The notes: generated from the sequence alone by a model not told the origin. A stretch of DNA of 64,000 bases from Candidatus Hydrothermarchaeum profundi (GCA_002011125.2 MTMF02000009.1:1320989-1384988), one strand, 5' to 3'; positions 9,187 to 19,920 are shown, numbered from the stretch's first letter. Numbers and translations: made by a program.

Positions 9187-10245
9187 ATGAAGATAGAAGA
9201 TGTAGTTTCTAAGATTGGTCCCTTAAATGAAGAAGCTATGAAAAAAGCGAGGGATAGACAGGATAATCTCACAAAGCCTCAGGGAAGCCTAGGTAGACTT
9301 GAAGAGATATCCATTAGAATAGCAGGCGTCAAGGGTGAAGAAAGACCTAAAATTAAGAGAAAAGTGATCTTCACTGCGGCAGGAGACCATGGGGTAGTCG
9401 AAGAGGGAGTAAGTGCTTACCCCCAGGAAGTAACTCCGCAGATGGTTTTTAATTTCCTCTCAGGAGGAGCTGCGATAAATGTTTTGGCTAGACATGTTGG
9501 AGCGGATATTGTAGTAGTCGATATGGGTGTGGCATATGATTTTGAAGCTAATCCAAAACTGATAATTAAAAAAGTAGCTAAGGGCACTAAAAACATGGCT
9601 AAAGAGCCTGCGATGAGCAGAGAAGAAGCTATTAAAGCTATCGAAGGAGGGATAGAGGCTTTCGAAGAAGAATATACTAAAAATCCAATGGACATTATAG
9701 GTATAGGAGACATGGGCATAGGCAATACTACACCAAGTAGTGCTATTGCTGCCGTGATAACTGGAAAAAAGGTAAGCGAGGTAACAGGCAGAGGAACTGG
9801 AATCGATGACGAAGCACTTCAAAACAAAATAAGGGTAATTGAGAAGGCCATAGAAGTTAATAATCCTGACCCAAAAGATCCGCTAGACGTTCTCTCAAAG
9901 GTGGGCGGCTTTGAGATAGGAGGTTTGGCGGGTATCTGCCTAGCCGCTGCATCAAAGAGGGTGCCCGTCGTCATTGATGGTTTTATTGCGACTGCTGGAG
10001 CTTTAATTGCAGGAGAGATTGCACGTAAGGCACGTGATTACATGATAGCTGCGCATAAATCAGTAGAAATTGGGCATATTGCCATGCTGAATCACTTGGG
10101 GTTAACTCCGCTCATGGATCTCGATATGCGACTTGGAGAAGGTACAGGTGCGGCCCTCGGTATGTTTATAGTTGAAGCAAGTGTTAAAATACTGGACGAA
10201 ATGGCAACTTTCGCAGAGGCTGGAGTAAGCGAGAAGGAAAAGTGA
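9187..10245 (+). CDS. cobT: Nicotinate-nucleotide-dimethylbenzimidazole phosphoribosyltransferase (bacterial type)
   Basis: [40 protein letters not shown]. Confidence 0.96.
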   Translation: MKIEDVVSKIGPLNEEAMKKARDRQDNLTKPQGSLGRLEEISIRIAGVKGEERPKIKRKVIFTAAGDHGVVEEGVSAYPQEVTPQMVFNFLSGGAAINVLARHVGADIVVVDMGVAYDFEANPKLIIKKVAKGTKNMAKEPAMSREEAIKAIEGGIEAFEEEYTKNPMDIIGIGDMGIGNTTPSSAIAAVITGKKVSEVTGRGTGIDDEALQNKIRVIEKAIEVNNPDPKDPLDVLSKVGGFEIGGLAGICLAAASKRVPVVIDGFIATAGALIAGEIARKARDYMIAAHKSVEIGHIAMLNHLGLTPLMDLDMRLGEGTGAALGMFIVEASVKILDEMATFAEAGVSEKEK

Positions 10246-10253
10246 TAGTTTAA

Positions 10254-10958
10254 ATGCCGGTAGGAAAACTTTATGGGGTAGGCCTTGGACCAGGAGACCC
10301 CAAGCTAATTACTATTAAAGCGAAGGAAATTTTAGAGGAGGTAGATGTAGTTTGTGCGCCTATATCGAAGGTAGGCAGGAGAAGCATTGCGCTAGAGATG
10401 GTTAAACCATACGTTAAGGGTAAAGAGATTTTAACTCTCCTGTTTCCAATGCACACCGACCCTGATATATTACGGCCTTATTGGGAGAAGGCAGGGGCTG
10501 AAATATGTAACAGGCTAAAAGAGGGGAAGGATGTAGCTTTTATTACTATAGGAGACCCCTCGTTTTATTCTACTTTTATTAATGTGATGGAAATAATAAG
10601 GGAAAGACAACGTGATGCAGAAATAATAACCATACCAGGGGTAGCTTCAATACTCGCGTGTTTCGCTGGTTTAAATGAGCCGCTCGTAGATAAGGATGAA
10701 AAACTCGCCGTCTTCCCTGCGGAATACGGCCTTGAGGAATTAGAAGAAATCTCAAAATTTTTTGATACAATAGTCCTAATGAAGGTTTCCAGGAGTTTTG
10801 ATAAGATTTATAAAAAACTTGATAAACTTGGACTCCTAGATAAAGCTGTATTAGTATCTAAGTGTGGTACACGAGATTTCTTTTCATCACCATTAAGAGA
10901 GGTAAAGGGAAAGGTGGATTTCCTATCCATGATCATTTTGAAGGGGTTAAGAGGATGA
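10254..10958 (+). CDS. cbiL: Cobalt-factor II C20-methyltransferase
   Basis: YGVGLGPGDP, FPM, IGDPSFYST, VLMKV. Confidence 0.92.
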   Translation: MPVGKLYGVGLGPGDPKLITIKAKEILEEVDVVCAPISKVGRRSIALEMVKPYVKGKEILTLLFPMHTDPDILRPYWEKAGAEICNRLKEGKDVAFITIGDPSFYSTFINVMEIIRERQRDAEIITIPGVASILACFAGLNEPLVDKDEKLAVFPAEYGLEELEEISKFFDTIVLMKVSRSFDKIYKKLDKLGLLDKAVLVSKCGTRDFFSSPLREVKGKVDFLSMIILKGLRG

Positions 10959-11707
10959 CAGTTTACATTGTCGGTGCAGGCCCGGGAGATCCGGAGCTTA
11001 TAACCCTCAAGGGTAAGAAGGTCATTGAAAAAGCAGACATTATAATCTATGCAGGATCGTTAGTAAATCAGAGGATTCTGGATTATGCAAGAACAGACGC
11101 AGAACGCTATAACAGTGCAGGTATGACTCTTGAAGAAATCCTCAAGGTAATATCGGAGGGTGTGAAAGAAGGAAAGTCGGTTGTACGTATCCATAGCGGC
11201 GACCCCAGTATATATGGAGCTATAGGAGAACAAATCCGAAGACTGGATGAGCTGGGCATCCAGTACGAGATAATTCCAGGGGTAAGCTCATTTTTAGCTG
11301 CAGCCGCCTCGCTTAAAAAAGAATATACCCTGCCGGGAGTTTCGCAGACCGTGATTATCACTAGGATGGGGGGGAGAACCAAGGTACCTAAAAAAGAAAG
11401 TTTGGGGGATTTAGCGAAACACCGGGCTAGTATGTGTATTTTCTTAAGTGCACAACTCGTTGAGAAGGTTACGGAGGAGTTAAAGAAAGGATATCCTGGA
11501 GATACTCCCGTTGCCGTAGTATATAAAGCCTCATGGGATGATGAGAAAATTATAATGACTAATCTCCAAGAGCTACCTAAAGCCGTTAAAGAATCGGGTA
11601 TAACTCGGACCGCTTTGATATTAATCGGAGAATTCCTACATACAATTGGGGAGGACTCAAAGCTTTATCATAAGGACTTTGAGCATGGTTATAGGAGGAA
11701 GAAATGA
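10955..11707 (+). CDS. cbiF: Cobalt-precorrin-4 C11-methyltransferase
   Basis: VGAGPGDPELIT, YAGSLV, RIHSGDPSIYG, SQTVIITR; ATG 10955. Confidence 0.95.
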   Translation: MTVYIVGAGPGDPELITLKGKKVIEKADIIIYAGSLVNQRILDYARTDAERYNSAGMTLEEILKVISEGVKEGKSVVRIHSGDPSIYGAIGEQIRRLDELGIQYEIIPGVSSFLAAAASLKKEYTLPGVSQTVIITRMGGRTKVPKKESLGDLAKHRASMCIFLSAQLVEKVTEELKKGYPGDTPVAVVYKASWDDEKIIMTNLQELPKAVKESGITRTALILIGEFLHTIGEDSKLYHKDFEHGYRRKK

Positions 11708-12702
11708 AGATTGCGGTCTTATCTATAACGAAGGGAGGTAAAAAAACAGCGGAAAGGGTTTCTTCTGCTTTACAGGAGCACAATGTCGAATTATTGGAGC
11801 CCTCCTCTATTAGCAGGGAGGTGGCACGAATATTCGGCAAGTATGATGCCCTCGTGTTTGTTATGGCTACGGGAATCGTAGTTAGAGCTATATCTAGACA
11901 TATTAAAGATAAGAGAACGGATCCTGCTGTGGTTGTGTTAGATGAGAAAGGAAAATTTGTAATCAGTCTCCTTTCAGGACATCTAGGAGGAGCAAATGAA
12001 TTAGCGAGACATATAGCAGAAAAATTGAATGCTGTACCTGTGATTACTACCGCTACCGACGTACTTGGACTCCCTTCGGTAGAGGAGATAGCTAAAGGTA
12101 ATGATCTTGAGATTGAAGACTATGTAGATGTGAAAAAAGTAAATGCTGCAATTGTTAATGGAAAAAAAGTTGGTATTGCGACCGATCTATCTTCACTTTC
12201 TAATCTCTCAGATAGATTCCCATTAATAAGACTACAAGATGTTGGCAATACGGATTTGGATGTATTGATTGTAATCACAAACAAAAAAATAGACATAGAG
12301 AAACCATGTGTTTTTTTGAGACCAAAGAATCTAATCGTTGGTATAGGCGCAAGAAGGGGTATAAGTAAAGAGAAGGTATTAGCGGCAATACACAGGGCAT
12401 TTGATCAAGGTAAGTTGAGTATCCATAGTCTGAAGGCTGTATGTACTCCAGAGTTTAAAGCTAAAGAGAAGGGAATCATAGAAGCATCTTTAGAGCTGGG
12501 AGTGCCCTTGATAAAAGTTTCGATTGATGAGATAAAAAGTGTGGAGGATCTTTTTGAGGCATCAGAATTTGTTGCGAGTAAAGTAGGATTAAGGGCGGTA
12601 AGTGAACCTTGTGCTATGTTAGGAGGGAAGTCGGCTAAGTTGATAAGGAAAAAAATGAAATCTAATGGTGTTACTGTAGCGGTAGCGGAGGAAGAACTGT
12701 GA
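11704..12702 (+). CDS. cbiG: Cobalt-precorrin-5A hydrolase
   Basis: MATGIVVR, DKRTDPAVVV, LLSGHLGGAN, VITTATD, VSEPCA. Confidence 0.95.
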   Translation: MKIAVLSITKGGKKTAERVSSALQEHNVELLEPSSISREVARIFGKYDALVFVMATGIVVRAISRHIKDKRTDPAVVVLDEKGKFVISLLSGHLGGANELARHIAEKLNAVPVITTATDVLGLPSVEEIAKGNDLEIEDYVDVKKVNAAIVNGKKVGIATDLSSLSNLSDRFPLIRLQDVGNTDLDVLIVITNKKIDIEKPCVFLRPKNLIVGIGARRGISKEKVLAAIHRAFDQGKLSIHSLKAVCTPEFKAKEKGIIEASLELGVPLIKVSIDEIKSVEDLFEASEFVASKVGLRAVSEPCAMLGGKSAKLIRKKMKSNGVTVAVAEEEL

Positions 12703-13430
12703 TAGGAAAAGTTATACTAGTTGGGATCGGCCCTGGAGCTAAAGAGCATATGAGCCTCAGAGCACTTAAGGCTTTAGAAGAGGCAGAGGTGATTATAGGG
12801 TATAAAACTTACTTGGACCTTGTGAAAGAGCTTATTGAGGGAAAGGAGATCATTTCTAAGAGCATGAAACAGGAGATGGAGAGAGCAAAGCTTGCAGTAG
12901 AGGAGGCAAAAAAAGGCAAAAAAGTAGCGGTAGTTAGCAGTGGAGATCCTGGAATATATGCGATGGGGAGCGCTGTCTTCGAGTATCTTATGGAAACAGG
13001 TAGTGAAGTTGACGTTGAGGTAGTTCCAGGTATTACTGCAGCAACAGCTGCCGCAGCTCGTTTAGGAGCGCCGTTGGGTAATGATTTTGCGGTTATTAGC
13101 CTTAGCGACTTATTAACGCCTTGGGAAGTCATTGTAAAGAGAGTAGAAGAAGCGGTTAAAGGGGACTTTGTACTAGTATTATACAACCCCAAAAGTAAGG
13201 GTAGAGTAAAGCAGATAGAAAAAGCAGCGGAGATTATAATGAAGTATAGAGGGGAAGAAACGCCCGTTGGGATAGTGAAGAATGCTATGAGGCCAGGTGA
13301 GGAGTTAGTCATAACTACTTTAGGGGAGATGTTAAATTATCCTATTGACATGCTCACTACCGTTATTGTAGGTAATAAAGAAACTTTCATTTATAAAGGT
13401 AAGATGATAACTCCGAGAGGTTATAAATGA
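12699..13430 (+). CDS. cbiH: Cobalt-factor III C17-methyltransferase
   Basis: VGIGPG, SSGDPGIY, DFAVISLSDLLTPW, YNPKS, TPRGY. Confidence 0.95.
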   Translation: MIGKVILVGIGPGAKEHMSLRALKALEEAEVIIGYKTYLDLVKELIEGKEIISKSMKQEMERAKLAVEEAKKGKKVAVVSSGDPGIYAMGSAVFEYLMETGSEVDVEVVPGITAATAAAARLGAPLGNDFAVISLSDLLTPWEVIVKRVEEAVKGDFVLVLYNPKSKGRVKQIEKAAEIIMKYRGEETPVGIVKNAMRPGEELVITTLGEMLNYPIDMLTTVIVGNKETFIYKGKMITPRGYK

Positions 13431-14206
13431 TAATGGTCATATCCGGAACCAAGGATAGTAGAGAAATTATTAGACTTATCAAGGAAAATGGATATAAAGT
13501 TCTGGCAACCTCAGTTACAGATTACGGCTCGGAACTTACTAGAGAGTCAGGAGCAGACATTGTTTTAACTGGCGTCTTGGATAGATCAGGGATAGTAAAT
13601 ACGATAGTAAAGAACAATATAGAAGCGGTCATAGATGCTACTCACCCCTTCGCGGTTGAAGCTAGTAGAAATGCTATTCAGGCATGCAAAGAAACGGGAA
13701 TAAGTTATTTGAGATTTGAAAGAAAACCTTCACCTCTTCCGGATGATCCTTTGATCCATTATTCGACAGGATTTGAGGAAGCTGGGCGTATAGCTTCTGG
13801 ACTTGGAGATAATATCTTCTATACAGCAGGTGTAAAAGGTCTTGCTCGTTTTTTAAAAGGCGTAGGGGATATAAACAAGAAAAATATTATCGTGCGGGTT
13901 ATACCTGAGTGTGAATCTATTAGAAAGTGTTTGGAGTGCGGGATACCTATGGCAAACATAATTGCAGTTCAGGGTCCTTTTAGCATGGAATTAAATAAAG
14001 CGATGTTAAGGGAATATAGGAGCGATGTCATTGTTACCAAAGAAAGCGGTAATGTAGGTGGAACTAATACGAAAGTGCAAGCAGCTTTTAAAATAGGGAT
14101 ACCTATAGTTGTTATAAGTCGACCCAGAGTTTCTTATCCAGAGATTGTAAGTACTCCTAAAGAAGTGATAGAATGGATATCGAGAATTTCGTATCAAAAG
14201 AGATAA
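13427..14206 (+). CDS. cbiJ: Cobalt-precorrin-6A reductase
   Basis: IDATHPFA, QGPFS, VTKESG. Confidence 0.94.
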   Translation: MIMVISGTKDSREIIRLIKENGYKVLATSVTDYGSELTRESGADIVLTGVLDRSGIVNTIVKNNIEAVIDATHPFAVEASRNAIQACKETGISYLRFERKPSPLPDDPLIHYSTGFEEAGRIASGLGDNIFYTAGVKGLARFLKGVGDINKKNIIVRVIPECESIRKCLECGIPMANIIAVQGPFSMELNKAMLREYRSDVIVTKESGNVGGTNTKVQAAFKIGIPIVVISRPRVSYPEIVSTPKEVIEWISRISYQKR

Positions 14207-15282
14207 GGAAATCTAAGAAGGCAGTCCACGGAGGAGATGTCTGGGAGCTTTTTAAAAGTGGAAAGCGAGAGATACTCGACTTCAGTTCAAATGTTAATCC
14301 ACTAGGCCCTCCAAGGGGCGCTATTAAGGCAATAAGGGACTCGCTGTGGGACATTCCTTTCTACCCTGAGAGTGATTCTGATAGGCTGAAGGACGCTATA
14401 GGCGATTATCTAAAAGTGAATAAGGATAACTTAATAATAGGTAATGGGTCAACAGAGATAATCAAAATTTTTTGCGATGTTTTTCTTAGAAAGGGAGTAA
14501 ATGTAATAATAGTCGAGCCTACTTTTTCGGAGTACCAAGTTTATTGCGGATTCAACGGAGCTACTATTAAGAGAGTATATGCAAGAAGTGAGAGCGACTT
14601 TGCATTCCCACACAGAGATCTACTAAAGAATATTGATTCCTCGGTTAGAGCTGTTTTCTTATGCTCGCCTAATAATCCCACCGGAATGCTGGTGGAGACG
14701 GAAACGCTGGAAAATATCATCAAAACATCTGAAAAAAACAACTGTTTAGTATTTCTCGATGAAGCGTATATAGAATTTTCTGACTCAGAAGGATATGTTA
14801 ATATGGCAGTAGAATATGATAATTTGTTGATTCTAAGATCCTTGACGAAATTTTATTCTTTACCAGGATTACGTATAGGTTATGGAGTTGGAAACCAGAA
14901 ACTAATAAAGATTTTAGAGAAAGGGAAGATCCCCTGGAATGTGAATACTCTTGCTCAAGCAGCTGCAATAGCATCAATTAAAGATAACGCTTTCATAAAA
15001 AAGTCAAAGAGTTATATAAGAAAAGAGAGATTATTCATGAGAAGAGAGCTGGAAAAGTTAGGTATTAAGGTCTATGGAGATGAATCAAATTTCCTGTTGC
15101 TAGACTTCCACAAATATGGCCTCAAAGCAAGGGATATAAAATCAAAATTGATAGAAAAAGGTATCCTCATTAGAGACTGCAGCTCTTTTAATGGACTCGA
15201 TGAATATTTTGTTAGAGTGAGCGTAAGAAAGAGGAAAGAGAATATCAAGCTAATCGGAGAGTTAAAAAATCTCATAAGATAA
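14173..15282 (+). CDS. cobD: Threonine-phosphate decarboxylase (PLP, class I/II)
   Basis: HGG, LDFSSNVNPLG, PNNPTG, DEAY, RSLTKFYSLPGLRIG, IRDC. Confidence 0.9.
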   Translation: MDIENFVSKEIRKSKKAVHGGDVWELFKSGKREILDFSSNVNPLGPPRGAIKAIRDSLWDIPFYPESDSDRLKDAIGDYLKVNKDNLIIGNGSTEIIKIFCDVFLRKGVNVIIVEPTFSEYQVYCGFNGATIKRVYARSESDFAFPHRDLLKNIDSSVRAVFLCSPNNPTGMLVETETLENIIKTSEKNNCLVFLDEAYIEFSDSEGYVNMAVEYDNLLILRSLTKFYSLPGLRIGYGVGNQKLIKILEKGKIPWNVNTLAQAAAIASIKDNAFIKKSKSYIRKERLFMRRELEKLGIKVYGDESNFLLLDFHKYGLKARDIKSKLIEKGILIRDCSSFNGLDEYFVRVSVRKRKENIKLIGELKNLIR

Positions 15283-15340
15283 CCTATTATTAATGCCGTG
15301 TTTATTAAAAATCAAGATATATTCCTTATTTTTCAAAATC

Positions 15341-15373
15341 AAATTTCCGTAAAACTTTTATAGATGGAAATTT
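15341..15373 (+). promoter_or_regulatory. Promoter of fpo-like operon with inverted repeat enclosing the TATA box
   Basis: AAATTTCCGT-aaaacTTTTATAg-ATGGAAATTT (10-bp arms, 1 mismatch). Confidence 0.5.
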
Positions 15374-15399
15374 AGGTATAGGGTGGTTGGTGGTTATTA

Positions 15400-15756
15400 G
15401 TGGCGAATGAATACATTTCGGTAGGAGTATTCGCTGTGGTAGGGATAATATTTCCTTTCATCCTGCTAACGCTTTCTCGTCTCCTCAGACCTTCTAAACC
15501 TGAAAAAGAGAAGTATATGACATATGAGTGCAGTATCCCACCTATTGGGGAAGCATGGATACAGCACGATATCCAATATTATATGTTTGCTCTTTTATTC
15601 GCGGTCTTTGATGTAGAAACAGTTTTCCTCTATCCATGGGCCGTGGTATTTCCGAATCTAGGATTGTTAGCAGTAATTGAAATGCTTGTATTCATTATTG
15701 TGCTGGTTGTTGGTTTGGCATATGCTTGGAAGAAGGAGGCTTTGAGGTGGATGTGA
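15400..15756 (+). CDS. fpoA: Complex I-like (Fpo/Nuo) subunit A
   Basis: [22 protein letters not shown]. Confidence 0.93.
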   Translation: MANEYISVGVFAVVGIIFPFILLTLSRLLRPSKPEKEKYMTYECSIPPIGEAWIQHDIQYYMFALLFAVFDVETVFLYPWAVVFPNLGLLAVIEMLVFIIVLVVGLAYAWKKEALRWM

Positions 15757-16211
15757 TTACAACAACAATGGAAAAGGTCATGCTAAATTGGGCAAGGGCA
15801 AAATCCCTGTGGCCCATGACTTTTGGACTTGCATGTTGTGCTATTGAAATGATGGCCGCTGGCACATCTAGATGGGACACTTTTGAAAGATTTGGAATGC
15901 TATTCAGAGCGTCTCCCAGACAGTCTGATCTTATGATTGTAGCTGGCACAGTTACAAAGAAAATGGCTCCTAATGTCAAAAGACTTTATGATCAAATGCC
16001 TGAGCCTAAATACGTGATAGCTATGGGTGAATGTGCTATATCTGGGGGTCCATATTATGACTCTTACTCAGTTGTAGATGGTGTTGATAAAGTAATACCT
16101 GTCGATGTCTATGTTCCGGGATGCCCACCACGACCTGAAATGTTGATTTATGGAATCCTAGAACTAAGAGAAAAAATCAAAAAGGGAGAGATAAAGAGGC
16201 ACAGGAAATGA
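15747..16211 (+). CDS. fpoB: Complex I-like subunit B
   Basis: [24 protein letters not shown]; probable GTG start at 15747 after GGAGG. Confidence 0.95.
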   Translation: MDVITTTMEKVMLNWARAKSLWPMTFGLACCAIEMMAAGTSRWDTFERFGMLFRASPRQSDLMIVAGTVTKKMAPNVKRLYDQMPEPKYVIAMGECAISGGPYYDSYSVVDGVDKVIPVDVYVPGCPPRPEMLIYGILELREKIKKGEIKRHRK

Positions 16212-16705
16212 GTCCAGATGAAACAAAGGAAGCAGAAGAGAAACCGGAACTTAGAAGTGAAATATTGGAAAAAGTAAGGGAAAAACTGTCGGATTACATA
16301 TTGGATTCAAAAGTTCAGCGAGAAAGAAGGCTGCTAATTAGCGTAGATGGTAAGAATATACTAGAAGTCTGTTCTGCATTGAATGAAATAGGGTTTGATC
16401 ATCTCTCATGTATAGCTACGGTGGAATACGATGATAGATTTGAGGTGGTTTACCATCTATGGTCGTATTCCAATAATAACTTATTAACCGTAAAGGCAAG
16501 ACTACAAAAGGAATCCCCTAGGATAGACTCCGTTACCTCCATTTGGAAAAGTGCTGACTGGCATGAAAGAGAGGCATATGATATGATGGGTATAGTATTT
16601 GAAGGACACCCGGATCTAAGGAGGATTTTAACTCCAGATGATTTTGAGGGTCATCCTCTCAGAAAAGATTTTCAGCTAACTGAAAGGCCCTGGTTTGAGG
16701 AATAA
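16208..16705 (+). CDS. fpoC: Complex I-like subunit C
   Basis: [32 protein letters not shown]. Confidence 0.95.
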   Translation: MSPDETKEAEEKPELRSEILEKVREKLSDYILDSKVQRERRLLISVDGKNILEVCSALNEIGFDHLSCIATVEYDDRFEVVYHLWSYSNNNLLTVKARLQKESPRIDSVTSIWKSADWHEREAYDMMGIVFEGHPDLRRILTPDDFEGHPLRKDFQLTERPWFEE

Positions 16706-16707
16706 AA

Positions 16708-17097
16708 ATGAAAGTCAAAGATGTTATGAAACGTAACGTAGTGAGCGTAGATGTTGATTCCAGCCTCGCTGATGTGAAGAAAAAAATGATTGAAAATAAT
16801 GTCAACTTTGTAGTTGTTAAGGCAGGCGGGGAGATCGTCGGAGTTATTTCAGATACTGATATACTAGCGTATGCCACAAAGGGTAAGAGGCTGGAGGACC
16901 TTAAGGCTGAAAAATATATGACTGCTTGCAAACTTGAAGGTACTAATCCCTGTCTTCAAGTCTTTGAAGACGACCCCTTAGAAGAAGCTGCCACTATAAT
17001 GGCTGCTACTGGAGTGCATCATCTATTAGTGTGGGGTAAGAGCGGTTATCCTGCGGGAGTTATAACTTCTGATGATATTCTTAAGGTGGTAAAGTAA
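16708..17097 (+). CDS. Stand-alone CBS-pair protein inside the fpo-like operon
   Basis: VKDVM, GVISDTDIL, GVITSDDIL; 2-nt and 1-nt gaps to neighbours. Confidence 0.88.
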   Translation: MKVKDVMKRNVVSVDVDSSLADVKKKMIENNVNFVVVKAGGEIVGVISDTDILAYATKGKRLEDLKAEKYMTACKLEGTNPCLQVFEDDPLEEAATIMAATGVHHLLVWGKSGYPAGVITSDDILKVVK

Positions 17098-17098
17098 A

Positions 17099-18226
17099 AT
17101 GGAATCTGCAATTAGGGTGGTTAAAACTGAAAGACCGAATGAAATGATTTTGAATATGGGTCCCCAACATCCCAGTACTCACGGTGTATGCAGGTTGCTT
17201 TTAAAAGTGGATGGAGAAAAGGCGGTAAAAATTGAGCCGGTTATTGGTTATCTTCATCGTGGAGTAGAAAAAATCGCTGAAAACCGTGAATACTTCCAAT
17301 TTATACCTCACACTGATAGAATGGACTATGTAGCTGCATTGCCACATAATCTGGCTTATGCTATGGCGGTTGAAGAGCTGATGGGGATAGAGGTGCCTGA
17401 AAGAGCGGAATACATAAGAGTAATCATGCAAGAACTGCAAAGATTAGCAAGCCACCTACTATTCGTAGCGACGTTTGGGGCGGATTTAGGTGCATGGACA
17501 GTACTGATGTATGGTTTTCGTGAAAGGGAACGGGTACTGGACCTTATTGAAATGGCTTCTGGTGCTAGGCTTACTCCCTCTTATATATGGATTGGTGGTG
17601 TGCGCAGAGATATTTCAAAGGCATTTGTAGAAAGATGCAGGGAGACAATGAAAATCTTGCCGAAATATTTTGAGGATTATGAGAGGTACTTCTATAAGAA
17701 TGAGATTTTTCTCAAGAGATGTGAAGGCGTAGGAATACTTAATGCTAAGGATGCTATAAACCTTGGGGTTACTGGTCCAATTTTAAGAGCCTCTGGCGTA
17801 CCCTATGATATTAGAAGGATTGATCCATATTCTATTTACGACCGCTTTGATTTTGAGATTATAACTGAAAAAGAGGGCGACACTTTAGCGAGATTTAAAG
17901 TTAGAATGAATGAAATGAAGGAAAGCATTAAAATTGTAAATCAGGCGCTTGATGGCTTACCGGAAGGAGAATTTAGAGCAAAAGTCCCAAAGATACTTAA
18001 GCCTCCTGCGGGAGAAGTATATTCGCGGGTTGAAAGCCCGAGAGGAGAATTAGGGTACTATCTAGTTAGTGATGGGGCTAGTAAGGGACCATATAGGCTT
18101 AAAATAAGAAGCCCTGCATTCTGTAACCTCTCAGCGTTTTCCTATTTTGGTGAGGGGGATATTATACCTGATGTTATTGCCAACTTCGCTAGTATAGATA
18201 TAGTTATGGGTGAGGTAGACAGATGA
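17099..18226 (+). CDS. fpoD: Complex I-like subunit D
   Basis: MGPQHPSTHG, GYLHRGVEK, GEVDR C-terminus; no NiFe CxxC motifs. Confidence 0.96.
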   Translation: MESAIRVVKTERPNEMILNMGPQHPSTHGVCRLLLKVDGEKAVKIEPVIGYLHRGVEKIAENREYFQFIPHTDRMDYVAALPHNLAYAMAVEELMGIEVPERAEYIRVIMQELQRLASHLLFVATFGADLGAWTVLMYGFRERERVLDLIEMASGARLTPSYIWIGGVRRDISKAFVERCRETMKILPKYFEDYERYFYKNEIFLKRCEGVGILNAKDAINLGVTGPILRASGVPYDIRRIDPYSIYDRFDFEIITEKEGDTLARFKVRMNEMKESIKIVNQALDGLPEGEFRAKVPKILKPPAGEVYSRVESPRGELGYYLVSDGASKGPYRLKIRSPAFCNLSAFSYFGEGDIIPDVIANFASIDIVMGEVDR

Positions 18227-19242
18227 TTGCCCTACCAGAAATTAATCCAATAATTGTGAATGTGGTTAAAGGCCTTGTAGGGGCACTAGTCATAATTTCC
18301 TTTATATCACTTAATGTCTTGTTCCTGACATGGCTGGAGAGAAAGGTTGTAGCTAGGTTTCAGGTGAGATACGGCCCCAATAGAGCTTGGAAGTTTGGAT
18401 TGCTTCAGCCTTTGGCTGATGCTATGAAGCTTCTTACAAAGGAAGATATAGTGCCGGATAAGGCTGATAAACTGATTCATGGCATCGCGCCGGCTATTGC
18501 GTTTGCAGTAGCGGTTCTGCCTACGGTTGCTTTACCTTTTGCTGCGGGACTAATAGTATCAGATATAAATGTAGGAGTGCTCTTTATAGTTGCTGTCACT
18601 TCTCTTGCTACAATACCCGTCTTAATGGCTGGATGGGCATCAAATAATAAATATACTCTTTTAGGAGGAATGAGGGCTGTCGCTCAGTCTCTTAGCTATG
18701 AGATTCCTATGGTATTGTCTATAATAGGAGTAATAGCACTAGCAGGATCTCTTAGTCTGACGGATATAGTAAATGCTCAGAGAGGTGTCTGGTATTTTAT
18801 ATTACAGCCCCTCGGTTTCATCGTCTTTTTCATAGCTGCAATAGCTGAAATGGCTAGGATACCCTTTGACTTGCCGGAGAGCGAATCAGAGCTTGTTGCA
18901 GGTTTTCATACCGAGTATAGTGGCATGAAATTTGCTCTATTACTTTTCGCTGAGTATATACACATGATCGTAGCATCTCTGCTTATGGTCACTTTATTCT
19001 TTGGGGGATGGCATCTGCCGGTTATCTCTAGCATACTTTCTGGGGTTCCATTTTATATTCGTTGGCCAATAGAGTTTGGCATCTTAATGGGTAAAACTTA
19101 TGCTATAATATTTATCTTGATGTGGATTAGGAGCACTCTGCCTAGGGTCAAGGTAACACAGATACTAGATATTGGATGGAAGAATCTCTTACCCCTCGCT
19201 CTACTTAATATAGCCGTTACGGGAATTGTTTTGGCGGTGTGA
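18223..19242 (+). CDS. fpoH: Complex I-like subunit H
   Basis: ERKVVARFQ.R.GP, LQPLADAMKL, PFDLPESESELVAG. Confidence 0.96.
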   Translation: MIALPEINPIIVNVVKGLVGALVIISFISLNVLFLTWLERKVVARFQVRYGPNRAWKFGLLQPLADAMKLLTKEDIVPDKADKLIHGIAPAIAFAVAVLPTVALPFAAGLIVSDINVGVLFIVAVTSLATIPVLMAGWASNNKYTLLGGMRAVAQSLSYEIPMVLSIIGVIALAGSLSLTDIVNAQRGVWYFILQPLGFIVFFIAAIAEMARIPFDLPESESELVAGFHTEYSGMKFALLLFAEYIHMIVASLLMVTLFFGGWHLPVISSILSGVPFYIRWPIEFGILMGKTYAIIFILMWIRSTLPRVKVTQILDIGWKNLLPLALLNIAVTGIVLAV

Positions 19243-19249
19243 TGAAAAA

Positions 19250-19666
19250 ATGTTAGGTAAATTATTTAGGATTATGCATACCGCTCCTCATGCGGTAGTT
19301 GGAAAGCATTTTCTAGTTAAGCCTATTACAGTGCAGTATCCTGAGGAGAAACTTACTCTGCCAGAGGGATATAGAGGAATACATGTTTTCGATATTGAAA
19401 GATGTAAGGGTTGCGCTGCATGCGCTAGAGTATGCCCAAATAATTGTATTGAGATAAAGGTTTCAACTACTGAGGATCGGAAAAAAAAGATTGAAAAATA
19501 TGAGATCTTCTTGGGCAGATGCATGTTCTGTGGCTTATGCGAAGAATTCTGTGTGGGGGGGGATGTTATCCGTCTTACAAAAGACTATGAGGTAGCAGGT
19601 TCAACACGAAAAGACTTGGTGTATGATATCAAACGCCTATCCCGACATAAGGAGGAAGAGAAATGA
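19250..19666 (+). CDS. fpoI: Complex I-like subunit I (2x[4Fe-4S])
   Basis: TVQYPEE, CKGCAACARVCP, CMFCGLCEEFC; ATG 19250. Confidence 0.93.
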   Translation: MLGKLFRIMHTAPHAVVGKHFLVKPITVQYPEEKLTLPEGYRGIHVFDIERCKGCAACARVCPNNCIEIKVSTTEDRKKKIEKYEIFLGRCMFCGLCEEFCVGGDVIRLTKDYEVAGSTRKDLVYDIKRLSRHKEEEK

Positions 19667-19920
19667 ATTTAGAATTAGGCGTGTTCTTAGTTATAAGCGC
19701 TATAACCGTAATCTCATCGACGTTAGTATTAACTTCAAAAGAGATATTTAGGAGTGCTCTATCCCTCGCCTTAATGTTGCTTGGCGTTGCCGCAATCTTC
19801 ATAATGCTGGGAGCGGAATTTTTAGCAGCTATTCAAATACTAGTTTATGCTGGCGCTATAGTTATTCTCATATTGTTTGCAATAATGCTTACGCAGAGAG
19901 AGGAAAGGGAGGTATCTTGA
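19663..19920 (+). CDS. fpoJ1: Complex I-like subunit J, N-terminal half
   Basis: AEFLAAIQILVYAGAI. Confidence 0.9.
   Translation: MNLELGVFLVISAITVISSTLVLTSKEIFRSALSLALMLLGVAAIFIMLGAEFLAAIQILVYAGAIVILILFAIMLTQREEREVS

Noticed and set aside
17099-18226. Membrane-bound [NiFe] hydrogenase large subunit
   Set aside because: No N- or C-terminal CxxC Ni-binding motifs; ends in GEVDR like NuoD/FpoD
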